Below the pieces are notes generated by a model. It was given only the letters and a program-made list of their open reading frames with translations, was not told the DNA's origin and searched no databases. Shown piece after piece: positions 22,788-33,600 of a stretch of DNA of 64,000 bases (position 1 is its first letter; every line of letters starts with the position of its first letter). Where the stretch lies: NCBI RefSeq assembly GCF_018977255.1, contig NW_024704751.1, forward strand, positions 5,704,001 to 5,768,000, read 5' to 3'. The position numbers were made by a program, and so were the translations under genes. The stretch comes from Callorhinchus milii. Taxonomy: Eukaryota.

Positions 22788-24977
22788 CTGGGGTGAGGAA
22801 TGAGACAACTGTTTATGAGGCGAAATTGAAATTGCTGGTTTCAGACAGAAGCGATCAATTACTGTTACTGCACTAGTTTGATTCCCCACATATGGCTTTT
22901 GTTATGTTATAAGTCAAATTCCATAGGTTGAGGTTAATAACATTCTTCCTATCCTACCCACCGCCACCCCCTATCCCCCCACCAACCCCAACCAAGCGCC
23001 TCACCCCCAAAACCACCACCACCGATCTGGAAAATATAGAATCATAGAATCCTGCAGGACAGAAGGAGGCCATTTGGCCCATCATGCCTGTGCTGGCTCT
23101 TTGAAGGAACCAATTAGTCCCACTCCCCTGCTCTTTCCCCATAGCCTTGGAGTGTTTCTCCTTTTCAATTTTATACCCAATACCCCTTTTGAAAGTTATT
23201 ATTCAATCTGCTTCCACCACCCTTTCAGGCCGTGTCTTTCCAGATGATTGGATTCACTCCAAAGCTTTGCTCTTTGCACGATCCCTTGTGTTGATGACTT
23301 TGCCCAACTTACGCTCCAGCCTGAATCTTCATGGATCCAACCTCGTTGTTGCACCAGCCCATGGCTTGCAGAGAAGGATAATCGTCACACATCTCCCACT
23401 GCCTGCCGATGAAGTTCTCCTTCTCAAAAATAACGATTTTGGACTCCTTATGGTTCTGAAAGGGTGGGGGGGGGAGAGAAGAACCGATCAAAACGTTCGA
23501 ATTCTGTCCTCGTACAGAGTATGGCACCACACAACTCACATTAATCAGGCACCTTTCACAGCGGGAGAAAGTCTCCGTGACTTAGGTCTGAGTCCGCAAA
23601 AAAGCAGGTGAGAAAAGCACGAGAAATGCAGTTTGTGAATTATCATAGTTTAAATTCTCCCCCCTTTCCCCCCTTCCCCTCCCCCTCCCACCCGGCCATT
23701 GGCATAAGTTGTCCAGTGCTGGTCTTAAAATTACGTGTGAAGCTGACAGTGTCTCCCTGTGTTAGTGAAACTCACGGCAGAGCAGATGGGGCGGAAGGAC
23801 ATCATTCTCTCGGTGTGGTAAGCATTGCTGCCGCTCCAGGCGTCCCAGCGGGGGTACTCTCCTTTCTCCAGGATGAATTGTTGTCCACAGAAGCTGGAGT
23901 GCTCGTAACCGGCCCATCTACGATCGAGACCATTCAACCATTCAACCACAACAACAACAAATTACATTTGTAATGCGCCTTTCACATCAGGAGGACGTCC
24001 CAAGGCGCTGGACAGTCAGGGAATCGGAGCTACTACATCGCCTTGAAGGAATTTCTGCTCCGAGCACGGATTCCTACGCTAATTTTGAGAATCCCAGCTG
24101 GCGGGGAGCTATCTGCACTCCATTCCAGCCCATAGCTGACTCCCAAGTAAAGTGACCCTTTACTCAGGAGGCCATCTCAAAGCTCCTCACAAGATTTACG
24201 GTAAAGTGCAGCGACTGCATTTTTTGTGGGACCTAACGACTTGAATTATTATGGGGTGGGGGTCACTGAAAACATGCACTGTAGTACCGCAAAGGGGTCG
24301 TCAGTCCGTACAACTGTTGCCTCGTTAGAGTTGAAAATCTTTTAGAAAGTGACCTTTTTCCCCCCCCCCCCCCCAATAAAAGTTGCTAAAAACAGAATGG
24401 CTTCAAATTGGATAAAGCACCTCATCCAGTTCTGCCTGATGAGAAGTTCAAAGTCAATTTATATCACAATTGATTCGTAGAAAAATTACAAAGTTTTTTT
24501 TGGATGATATAATTTGTAAATGGATTTTGCTGTCTTTTTTTTAAAAAAAAGCACTTTGCTCATACCATCAATAAATCCAATGTATTTGGTTTTGCATAAA
24601 AGCCCAAACAAGTTTAATTAACAGGGTGAAATGGTCATGGCTGTTTCGAAGGAAAAGTTGTCGCAGAAGTGTTTTTTGTAAAGTGTAAAAGTTTTTTTTT
24701 TTGACTCACGCTCCACAGTCGATTTTGAGAGATCTGACATTGTCAAAACCACAGTCCATGATGTTCTTGCAGGACGTGGTGAATTCCATCCTCTTGCCCT
24801 GGAAGTTTTCTTGATCGTAAACGGTGATCTGCGGTAGAGATATTTTTCGTGAGATTTCAATGAAGATTAGGAATATATATATTAAAAAAAAATCTTAATT
24901 TCTGCCGCGGTTAGGGTGATACCTCTTCTCGTTGTATTTATTACCTTGTAAAGTCCGGCTGGGTTTGTCTGTGCCAT
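22640..24977 (-). CDS. cryba1: Beta-crystallin A1 (betaA3/A1 gene), 194 aa; coding exons 24945-24977, 24710-24828, 23776-23917, 23313-23455, 22640-22787
   Basis: Four Greek-key exons of 119/142/143/148 nt; MAQTNP start; ends [18 protein letters not shown]; divergent from myo18a as in mammals. Confidence 0.93.
23036..23235 (-). mobile_element. CR1-type LINE 3' terminus in cryba1 intron 5
   Basis: ATCATAGAATC...GAAGGAGGCCATTTGGCCC (revcomp of a CR1 tail). Confidence 0.75.
23313..23455 (-). CDS. cryba1: cryba1 exon 5
   Basis: [47 protein letters not shown]. Confidence 0.95.
23776..23917 (-). CDS. cryba1: cryba1 exon 4
   Basis: [47 protein letters not shown]. Confidence 0.95.
24710..24828 (-). 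CDS. cryba1: cryba1 exon 3
   Basis: [39 protein letters not shown]. Confidence 0.95.
24945..24977 (-). CDS. cryba1: cryba1 exon 2 coding part (exon begins at 25002)
   Basis: [11 protein letters not shown]|GTAAT. Confidence 0.9.
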
Positions 24978-25196
24978 GATTGCTGTTAATTATGTCCTTT
25001 TTCTGTTGGAGTGAACACATAAACATGAAATGTTGGCTCTCAAACAGCTCACAGTATCTGCCCAACTTTTGACACACAAAGTCTTATTACCGCACTTGGA
25101 AAACTTACTAAATACTGTGCGATCGCGTACGTTAAGCTGAATTGGCAATCATTTAAATTGAATTTAACGAAAACATTCAGCGAACACAGGTCTTAC

Positions 25197-25360
25197 CAGA
25201 GTTGAACTGTTCTGGGTGAGTTCCACACACTATTCTGTGAACAGTTCTGCTCAGTATATATAGGCAGCTTTTGAATGGAGAAAGTGGGAGAAGTGCCCAT
25301 TCTTTTGTTACTGTCTGATCCCATGGATCAGCTTTTACGCTATAGGCCCGAGCAAAAAGA
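25197..25360 (-). promoter_or_regulatory. cryba1 promoter and short non-coding exon 1 (about 25197-25230)
   Basis: TATATATA at 25255-25262; CTG|GTAAGA donor; Maf half-site-like TGCTCAG and TCAGCTTTT; SOX-like CTTTTGT. Confidence 0.7.
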
Positions 25361-25680
25361 GATTATAATCTGCACATCAGGTGTACGCATGAATAACCCT
25401 TCGGTTGAGGGAAAAAATGAGTAAGAGTGGAATAAAAATCTTGATACATTTTTTTTTGTTGAGGCAAAACTCATTTGGTTATTTTTGGTTTGTCTAAGGG
25501 TATTGGAAAGGACTCATTTTGGAATTTAGCTTTGAGTATTGTCACAGAACAGATAGAATCCTAAATCAAACCCACAAACCTAATTATCCATAGTGGATTC
25601 TATTCGATAAGACAATTGTGCTGTCTATTTGCAATGTTTGATTTTCAACCAGTTTGAAAATACTGATTATTGTATGTATG

Positions 25681-25711
<31 letters not shown>

Positions 25712-26889
25712 ATGTATATATTTTCCATTTGTAATACACTATCAGTGGATATGGTCATATTTTAAAGCATTGAGGTCCCTTCACTACTTTTATGCCAATT
25801 AAAAAAGATTTACATCTGATGTTTCTTAAGATATTTCTGTTTCCAGCAATATGAGTTACAAACCGATCGACTTACATGACGAAACAACGGGTGTTATTTT
25901 TCCACTGCTACCAATATTTTGCCTGTTTAAATCATTATTACGATTAAACTGGTTGCTGCATTCAACGATGAATACACAGTCTTTACGTTTCACAGTAAAA
26001 TCCCATGAAGCACATTGAGAAGTTTCGATGGTGTGGTAAGGAGGTGTATCATTGCAAGAATTATTTATTAGACAATGTGGTATTCGGAAATACTGTGAAA
26101 TGCAACTGTAGTTGTCATTATGATTGAAGGTGGAGTGGAGTAAACAGAGGCAAGAGATCTTTAACGCAAGACCATCATTGTGGATGAGGTAGCGTTATTC
26201 TATCTTCTCTGTTTCTCCTATCGTTCTGGCAGAGTTTTAAAAGATTGCACTGCAACAAAGGTGTTAGCTTGAAGTGTATGAGTTCCAAGTCCCGAAGTGG
26301 GGCTTAGATCCACAACCTTCTTAAAAAAAGCTAATATTTTATTATAATTCAATAAATTTGGAGTTGTCCTTGTGTGACAGGGATAGATGGAGTGTGAGAG
26401 GAATTCTGCAGTGCTCCTGTAATGAGATTTGTGTATACATAGCTGTCGCCATCAATCTAGCACAGCGGTCTGTAACACGATGGACAGGAATGACTCAGGA
26501 AATCACATTTAGATCATCTGTTTGGATTAGTTTTCCATTGCTAATCGTTGGGATTAAAGGCAATTTTGCAGCCAAAAAAAAACCATTGAAGTGGGAACTC
26601 AGTCAGGCTATCAAACAGGTGTAAGAGACTCAAAATGAAGGTCTGAGATAACGTGTTTTGCTTCAGGAAGAGACACACAACCTGAATGTTTCGGCATTTC
26701 AATGACTATATCAGCAGCTGAATCACAGTCACGCTCGTTCAATTGCTTGGTTATCCCAACTCATTGAATATAGAAACTGGTTCAATATAAGACATAAATA
26801 ATATTAAGTTGTAGGTTTGGTGTTTCGAACGTTGGATCTCAAGGAGCTTTTTTTTCGGGGAACCTTTTTGGGGCATTTATTCATTTAGG

Positions 26890-27200
26890 GCCTTGGCTTG
26901 CAGGGTTAACGGGGGCCGAGTGGGAAGAATCCCTCCCCCAGTGACCGATCAGTCTGCCCCTGCAAACCCTGACGATGAGCCAGGCAGGCTGGGCTGTCAT
27001 CAGTTAGTGCCCTGGCAAGCTGTGGAGCCGTCTGGCTCGGAAACTGAGAGACCGCCACAGAGGGTAGACTCGATTCCAACATTTCACGGCAAGTACGTCA
27101 CCTCACAGATGGCTCAGTTGCGAGGGGACCCCTTTTGCCAAAGGAGCGTAACCCCCAGTTGGTTGGTACGATAAGGGATTCTGCTGGCAAGTTCCTTTAA
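26890..27200 (+). mobile_element. GC-rich structured insertion, possibly derived from an RTE-type retroelement 5' UTR
   Basis: GC-rich island in an AT-rich intergenic region; GAGGGTAGACTCGATTCCAAC resembles a motif I recall from RTE 5' UTRs; long stems. Confidence 0.4.
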
Positions 27201-27569
27201 GCAGAAAACAAATAATTTAGAGGACATCGGTTTTGACTCCGTCCTCTACGAGCGGGAAAACGCACAGCGCAAATCATCTAAGATGTTTAAAGAGATCGTC
27301 TCCGCAGAGTTCCAACATATCACGTCTGCGAGACGTCTCAAAAAGCGCTTCGCGGAACGTACTGTACGTTTTGTGGGCGAAAGACGGCGGGCAGTTGTTG
27401 GGTACAGCAGGGTCCCGCAAACCGTGGATTTTTTTTGTTTTCTTGCTGGACCTGAAAATCTTTTCACCATGCTTTCAGCGCAAACAAAGCAAAAGCCATA
27501 CAGAGCTGTCTCCTGGCTCAGGCCTTTTGTTCCGGCAAGCTATTGTCTCTTCTATAAACGGACCTCTTT

Positions 27570-27820
27570 TTTTTTGCTGATCTGGGCGATGGTGCAAAGT
27601 TGAAACAAAGCTAATAGCTGATGTCAGTTACTGCTGTCTCAGTGCAATAGCTTTTTTTTTTGTCACTCATCCCGACGTGACCTAACATGGTTCAAAAAGG
27701 AAGGAAGTGGGGAGGGAGGTGAACGAACAAATTCAAGGGGACATATAAATAGGATGAGCTGAGGCTTCAACATCACTTTTCATATTTTCTCTTGTCTGAC
27801 TAAAGCTTGGGCTGTTTTAG
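27570..27820 (+). promoter_or_regulatory. crybb1-like lens promoter and non-coding exon 1 (ends at 27820)
   Basis: TATAAAT 27744-27750; MARE-like TGCTGTCTCAGTG 27632-27644; AT-flanked half-MARE TTTTTGCTGA; SOX-like AACAAAG 27604-27610; donor TAG|GTGAGA. Confidence 0.7.
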
Positions 27821-27976
27821 GTGAGAAACTGGAACGCTTCCAAAGCGACCGAATTCACCACTTTGACTGTGTGAAATGTTGTGTTGCGTATAGCAGGTGA
27901 ATGAAATGTTATTCGGGATCGATCAAAAGCCAAATGAACCGCTCCTGTCTTTATTATTGTTTCAGCAGTTGCCAAA

Positions 27977-28042
27977 ATGTCTCACAGTGGAACTCAGGGT
28001 AGCATTGGAAGCCATTCTGCTTCAGGTCTTCGCAGCAACCGG
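27977..28042 (+). CDS. crybb1l: crybb1-like exon 2 coding part
   Basis: [22 protein letters not shown]|GTAGGT. Confidence 0.85.
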
Positions 28043-31000
28043 GTAGGTAAACTCTGTGGACAATGTTGTTTAGTACTGTAAGGGGCAGGGAGCAGCTAAC
28101 AGCAGAGCAGCGGGTATATCAGCAGTAAGTGAAAGATCCTCTGTGCTATACTTCAGAGTGCAATCTTAGGTGGTTAGTCCCAGCTCTTTGGGACGTCCTC
28201 CCGACGTGAAAGGCGCTGTACAAATGTAATTTTGTACTGTATTGTATCAATCGAGTATATGTTTCGCATCCAATGCTGATGGTAATTTGGAAGCTGCTCG
28301 ATTGATTGCCCATTTCACTCACCTGATGTTTTTTTTCCTTTAGTTATTTGACTTGTGGTTTGTTGTGCTGTAACTTGCGCTGAATTTGCAGCATTGGTTT
28401 GTGCGAGTCAATAACTGGGAGGTGAACCCCAATTCGCAAAGTGCGTGAACTTTAATGTAGTGGCGAGGAACGTAGAGGGTTGAAGCTCGCTTGAGGGTCA
28501 CTCTGAACCGAGCCCCACGCAGACCAGTGATCGAAAGTCATACCTTTCTGGTCTGCGGGTCTCAGTACCAGATCGGGCAGCGACTGAGTCTCTGTTCAGC
28601 CGGGTGTGTGAGGCATGCGGAAACCAACCATCGTGCTTAAGGGTATCCAATCCAACCCAAGCTTCCATGCATCCCACCTGCACATGGAAACTCCAACTGA
28701 GTCATTGCAGAATTTTTGAGAGAACACATCGCATACGGTCTAGGATTCCGAATCATTGGCACGGAGCAGTAATAGCCTCCACGCTTTCCCGGTATCGCTT
28801 TCGCCCACAGAATACACAGTCAATTCACTTTATAATGATACTAACAATGATGATCCTTGCATTTGATGTAGCGCCTTATCACGTCGTCGAGACGCCTCAA
28901 AGCGCGTCACAGAATATACTGTAAAGTGAAGTATATTTTGTGGGCGGAACGCGACAGCAGCGTCCCACAAGTAGTCGTGGATTGAAGTGACCAATTTATT
29001 ATTCTTATTTTAATTGAAGGAGTTAATCATTTACAGACTTTACAGTAGTCTGTTCTGTGAAGCGCTTTGAGTCGTCTCGAAGACATGATAAGGGAGCTAT
29101 ATCAAATGCAATGATTATTTTATTATTATTATTTATTATTATTATTACGTATTATCGTGGCTGAGGTTGAATCCTTCCTCCTTTTGCGCTCAGATCATCA
29201 TCTACGAGTACGAGAACTTCCAGGGTCGCCGGGTGGACTTCAACTCGGAGTGCAAGAATATCTGTGACCGGGGATTTGAGAGAGTCGGGTCAATCCGGGT
29301 TGAATGTGGACCGTAAGTGCTCCTCTGTTTAATCCCCTGAGCGCTCATCTACGGTACGGCCACTTGCTTGTTCTTTTTTTTCCGACCTATTCCGTGGACA
29401 AACGAGTTAAGATGCAGTTTTTATTTTTAATCCGTGGTGGGGTCACCAGGACTCACATTGCGCTACTTGAAAAGAGACGAGAGCTTCTCCTGGGGTCCCG
29501 GCCAATAATTCCTCCACCCCACCCCCCAAACCCCAACCCCAAACCCTCCCCCCGCAAATCAGCTCTCTCACTTTGTGGCTGTTTGCGGGACATCGCTGTG
29601 AACGCAAATCGGCTGACATGTTCGCCTGTAAAATACACAGTCGCGACACTTTACAGTAAAATGGGAAGCGCTGTGAGATTCGTATATCACGTGAGAGGAT
29701 TGTTGTGATTATTATTAATCGTTCTTTTTAATGTGGGGAAAAAAAAGACGTAATCGCAGACAGAGGCCAAACCTTGATTCCATTGTGACTGTTTTGCTTT
29801 GCAGATGGGTGGCTTACGAGCAGCAGAACTTCAGTGGTGAGATGTTCATGCTGGAGAAGGGAGAATACCCTCGCTGGGACTCCTGGTCTAACAGCTATCG
29901 CACTGACCGTCTGATGTGTTTCCGCCCCGTCAAAATGGTAAACGGCAACCTAGGAACAGGAGGAGGCCATTCAGCCCACTGAGGCTGTTCCACCAGTCCA
30001 TTCGATTTCGGCCAGAATCCCAGTGCCATCGCTCTTTCTCCCTCAGCGATTAATTGCCAGTGACTTTCTGTCACCTTTTAAGACAGTGAAAATGTGGAAT
30101 GTGCTCAGTTTTTGCGTGAATATTGTGGGCTGAGGAAATTGTTGTTATTGTAAATACTGCATTGTCTTAAATGCCATTTAACGAACATAATTTATAATAC
30201 CCTCAATTATAGGATATTTATTAATGATAGTACATGACAGTACACTGGTATAATTATAGTATATTACAGTCTACTATAGTATAATCACTGTATATCCTGT
30301 GAAGCGCTTTGAGACGTCTCAATGACGTGATGACGAGCTGCATCAAATGCAAGGATTATTATTATTATTACAGGACGGCCAGGACCACAAGATTTGTCTG
30401 CACGAATGTGCCAACTTCGAAGGGAGAAAGATGGAGATCAGTGATGAGGACATCCCCAGTCTCTGGGCTTATGGTTTCCAGGACAGAGTTGCCAGCATTA
30501 AAGTAGCAGGAGGAACGTAAGTCACCTCGCTTTCCTCCCACAGGAGACTCGTAGAGAAAACGTACGGTCTTTTGTTTAGGGTTGCAAAGGGCAATTTCAA
30601 GGCAGACGCCAGGAAGTGTTTCTTTACACAAACAGGCAATTAACGCCTGGAACAAGTTACCATTTGGAGCACAGGTTGTCAGAATATTCACAGTGTATCC
30701 TGTGAAGCGCTTTGAGATGTCTCGAAGGCATGAATTAAGGCGCTGTATCAATGCAAGGGTTATTATTAATATTATCCTATATTCATATAGAAAGGATGGT
30801 TGAGGCCAGGATGTTGGGCAATGAAAGCAAACGAAGGGCCGAAGGGTCTTTTTCATCCGAACTGATCTTGCGATGCGCAGTTGTGCTAACCTGCCTGAGC
30901 TGAGATACTATCTGAACGCATGCTGGCTTCTCCATCAGCAACACATAAATCAGCTCTTTTGTTTTTGCATCCAGCAATGTTTCCATGTACGCAAGTGCGC

Positions 31001-31407
31001 GTGGCACCATGTACACAAGTGTGCGTGGCACTGTGCGCAAAGCCATACAGTTATAGCGAATCGTTATATTTTGTTCAGCGCTTAAAAAAAACACACGGGC
31101 AACATCGGGCCGTTGATCTGTGAATCAAGCGCTCGGGGATGCTACCCTGCCTGAGGGGCGCTGTATAAAATGTAAGCTGCCCCGCTTGTTCTTGTCGAAT
31201 AGCCTTGTGGTTGATGTATACTCACGCTTCTGTTTCTGCAGATGGGTCGGCTACGAGTACCCAGGTTACAGGGGATACCAGTATGTGTTGGAGTGCGGAA
31301 TGTACAAGCACTGGAACGAATGGGGCGCCCAACAGCCTTTGATCCAGTCCATGCGACGTGTGAAGGACCAGCAATGGTACAAACGAGGCTGCTTTGAGTT
31401 TAACTAA
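27977..31407 (+). CDS. crybb1l: Basic beta-crystallin, betaB1-like (crybb1l type), 208 aa; coding exons 27977-28042, 29194-29312, 29805-29937, 30374-30516, 31242-31407
   Basis: Greek-key exons of 119/133/143 nt typical of betaB genes; [19 protein letters not shown]; C-terminal arm [17 protein letters not shown]; short N-arm [15 protein letters not shown] like fish crybb1-like genes (recalled). Confidence 0.88.
28598..28695 (+). repeat. Dispersed repeat, homologous to 5281-5381 (-) and 16647-16720 (+)
   Basis: Shared CCGG.TGT.TGA..C..GCGGAAACC...TGCTT.AG.GT.TCC.A..CAAC motif order in three copies. Confidence 0.7.
29194..29312 (+). CDS. crybb1l: crybb1-like exon 3
   Basis: [40 protein letters not shown]. 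Confidence 0.95.
29805..29937 (+). CDS. crybb1l: crybb1-like exon 4
   Basis: [44 protein letters not shown]. Confidence 0.95.
30374..30516 (+). CDS. crybb1l: crybb1-like exon 5
   Basis: [48 protein letters not shown]. Confidence 0.95.
31242..31407 (+). CDS. crybb1l: crybb1-like exon 6
   Basis: [54 protein letters not shown]. Confidence 0.95.
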
Positions 31408-31697
31408 AGCATACAAACGCTCTCCGAGGCAGCCGCGGGAATAATTTTATTGTTCTTCATATCAGGTCCACAGAAATTCAAAGACATCTTTCTCATCAAC
31501 TTCATACAAATGCCCAGAGTTGTTCTACACCAACAGCTCCCATTTTTTTTAAAAAAAACTTTAACAATGTTAACATCTTTTAGCAGTTTCTGTTGCCGAT
31601 AACAGATATCGATTATCTCAAGAGCCCAAAGAAAGCGATATCACCTCGTTTTAAGTCTAGCAGCCTCTTGTGCTTCCCACCTCTCTCTTGCGCTCCC

Positions 31698-31733
<36 letters not shown>

Positions 31734-32013
31734 CCTCTTTCTCTGTCTCTCTCCCATCACCAGATAGGATTCTGAATGCTTACTGATGCTTTTGGATTTT
31801 GTGGCCCTGAAAATGAACAAAGCAAAGTGGAGAATGGGTGAGCCCAGCATCAACAGGCAAATCTTCGCTGTGTCTTTCTCAGGGATGCAGAACATCTTTA
31901 GCAAACCTCGCGCACACATACCACCGCATTCAGTTTTTTTTTCTCTCTCTCTCTCTTTCCTTTTCACTTCCATCGCATTTCAGTATTTGTAAACTCATGT
32001 CATTACTTTTACC

Positions 32014-32019
32014 AATAAA
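32014..32019 (+). terminator. Probable crybb1-like polyadenylation signal
   Basis: AATAAA about 600 nt after the stop, with a second AATAAA and GT-rich sequence downstream. Confidence 0.5.
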
Positions 32020-32194
32020 AGTAATCTCTGCTGTCTTACCAGAGATAATAAAAAATTGTAACCTCAGCAAGCTGGCTGCGTTCTCTTTTGAGTTGGTGTC
32101 GTGCCGAGTCTGTGGTCATCTATAAATCTGGTAGTTAATGGCATGCACCTCTTGTTTTCAGACTATTTGGAGACTCGTTCGTTGTTGTTGTTGT

Positions 32195-32265
32195 GGGTCG
32201 GTGGTTCAGTGGTAGAATTCACACCTGCTACACAGGAGCCCTGGGTTAGATTTGCAGCGAATGCA
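32195..32265 (+). pseudogene. Decayed tRNA-Gly(GCC) copy
   Basis: 71-nt ungapped match to vertebrate tRNA-Gly-GCC (GGTGGTTCAGTGGTAGAATTC...GGGTT.GATT...AATGCA); anticodon reads GCT, T-loop TTC changed to TTA, stems broken largely by CpG-type changes. Confidence 0.8.
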
Positions 32266-32334
32266 AAGTATTTAGACCCATGTGGTGTATAAACACCGGG
32301 CACGGACTACTTGGGCCGAATGGCCTGTTTCTTT

Positions 32335-32570
32335 TGTCCTCTCTGTTCCACCATCGGCAGCCGCGCTTTCAGCTACTACGCCCCGAAACTCTGGAACTCC
32401 CTGCCTCAATCCCTGCACCTTGCCCGTCTTCAGATCGCACCTGAGGACCTCACTGTGCCCAAGGTCACCTTCCTTCCCCAGCTTGTCAACAAGCTTTGCC
32501 ATTGTTAAACGATCCAGGACACTAACCCGTGTGAAGGGCGCTGTATAAGTGCAAGTTTGTTATTGTTGTT
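32335..32570 (+). mobile_element. L2-type LINE 3' fragment
   Basis: Translates to IGSRAFSYYAPKLWNSLP, an L2 ORF2 C-terminal signature. Confidence 0.8.
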
Positions 32571-33269
32571 TGTGTACTGTACAATCATGGAAACACTTAG
32601 TCGGCTGTTGGTGTTTCAGTTTCCCTAAGTTGACTGTTTTTTCTACGTTTTCAGTTCACATAACTGTGATGCTGAACTTATCCTTAACGTAGGAATAGAG
32701 TGACTCAGATGCTGTTTAGAGAATTCATTACTAGAATATTTCTCAGGTATTAATCCTAAATTACTAAAAAAAAGGAAACATTTGCTGGAATCCGGCCGCA
32801 ATCAAGTGATAATCATTGTTAAAAAAAAAGACAATTTAGCAGATGATTCCACTATTGACAAGGTACTAGAGAGATTGATCTCGGAGGTCACTGTTTGAGG
32901 ATGGCAGTAACAATGAATTGATTTCAGCCTTGATTTCTTTCCCTAAAATCCCACTTGAATATTCTACCAGGAATGATTCTGTTCGCCAGTTCACATGGTG
33001 CACTATAACATAATAATAATAATATTAATCCTTAGGTTTGGTACAGCACATTTCATGTCAGGAGGACATGCCAAAGAGCTACACAGGATATACTGTAAAG
33101 TGTAGTGACTTTATGTTTTGTAATGGCAAATGAGGAGACACAATTATGTTTCTAAACAACACTGATCATATCCCAATGAACCAGCTACTCTTTCTTCCTT
33201 ATCTTACTCTTCTTTTCCCCCTCCTTCCTCTTTGATTTTTTGAGATTTTTCTTTTACCTCCCAGTATGT

Positions 33270-33600
33270 GGAGTCCTGTAGCTCAGTGGTTAGAGCACTC
33301 GCTTTGCAAGTGAGAGACCTGAGTTCAATTCCAGGCAGAGGGTGAAACCTTGGGCAAGTTTCCTTACTCCACACAGAGCCTAATAATAATCCCTCCAAAA
33401 AAAACCCAAAAAACAATAATTAAAATTGGTCATTTTCAATCTACGACTGTTTGTGGGACATTGCTGTGCGCAATTGGCTGCCGTGTTCGCCCACAAATAT
33501 ACAGTCAATTCACTTTACAGTGTCTTCTGTGAAGCGCTTTGGGACGTCCTCCCGACGTGAAAAGCGCTATATCAAATGCAAGGATTATTATTATTATTAT
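33270..33600 (+). mobile_element. Full-length young tRNA-derived SINE (tRNA-Ala-like head, Deu-like core, L2-type tail with (TTA)n)
   Basis: A box TAGCTCAGTGG, B box GTTCAATTCC, core TTTGTGGGACATTGCTGTGCGCAATTGGCTGCC, tail GAAGCGCTTTGGGACGTCC...ATGCAAGGATTATTATT. Confidence 0.9.

Noticed and set aside
30983-31030. 24-bp tandem duplication in the last crybb1-like intron (a similar short duplication lies near 37165-37206)
   Set aside because: Ordinary local duplications with no further structure
33270-33340. tRNA-Ala(TGC)-like gene (also at 51945-52016)
   Set aside because: It is the head of a SINE, continuous with the body and tail, and lacks a proper acceptor stem
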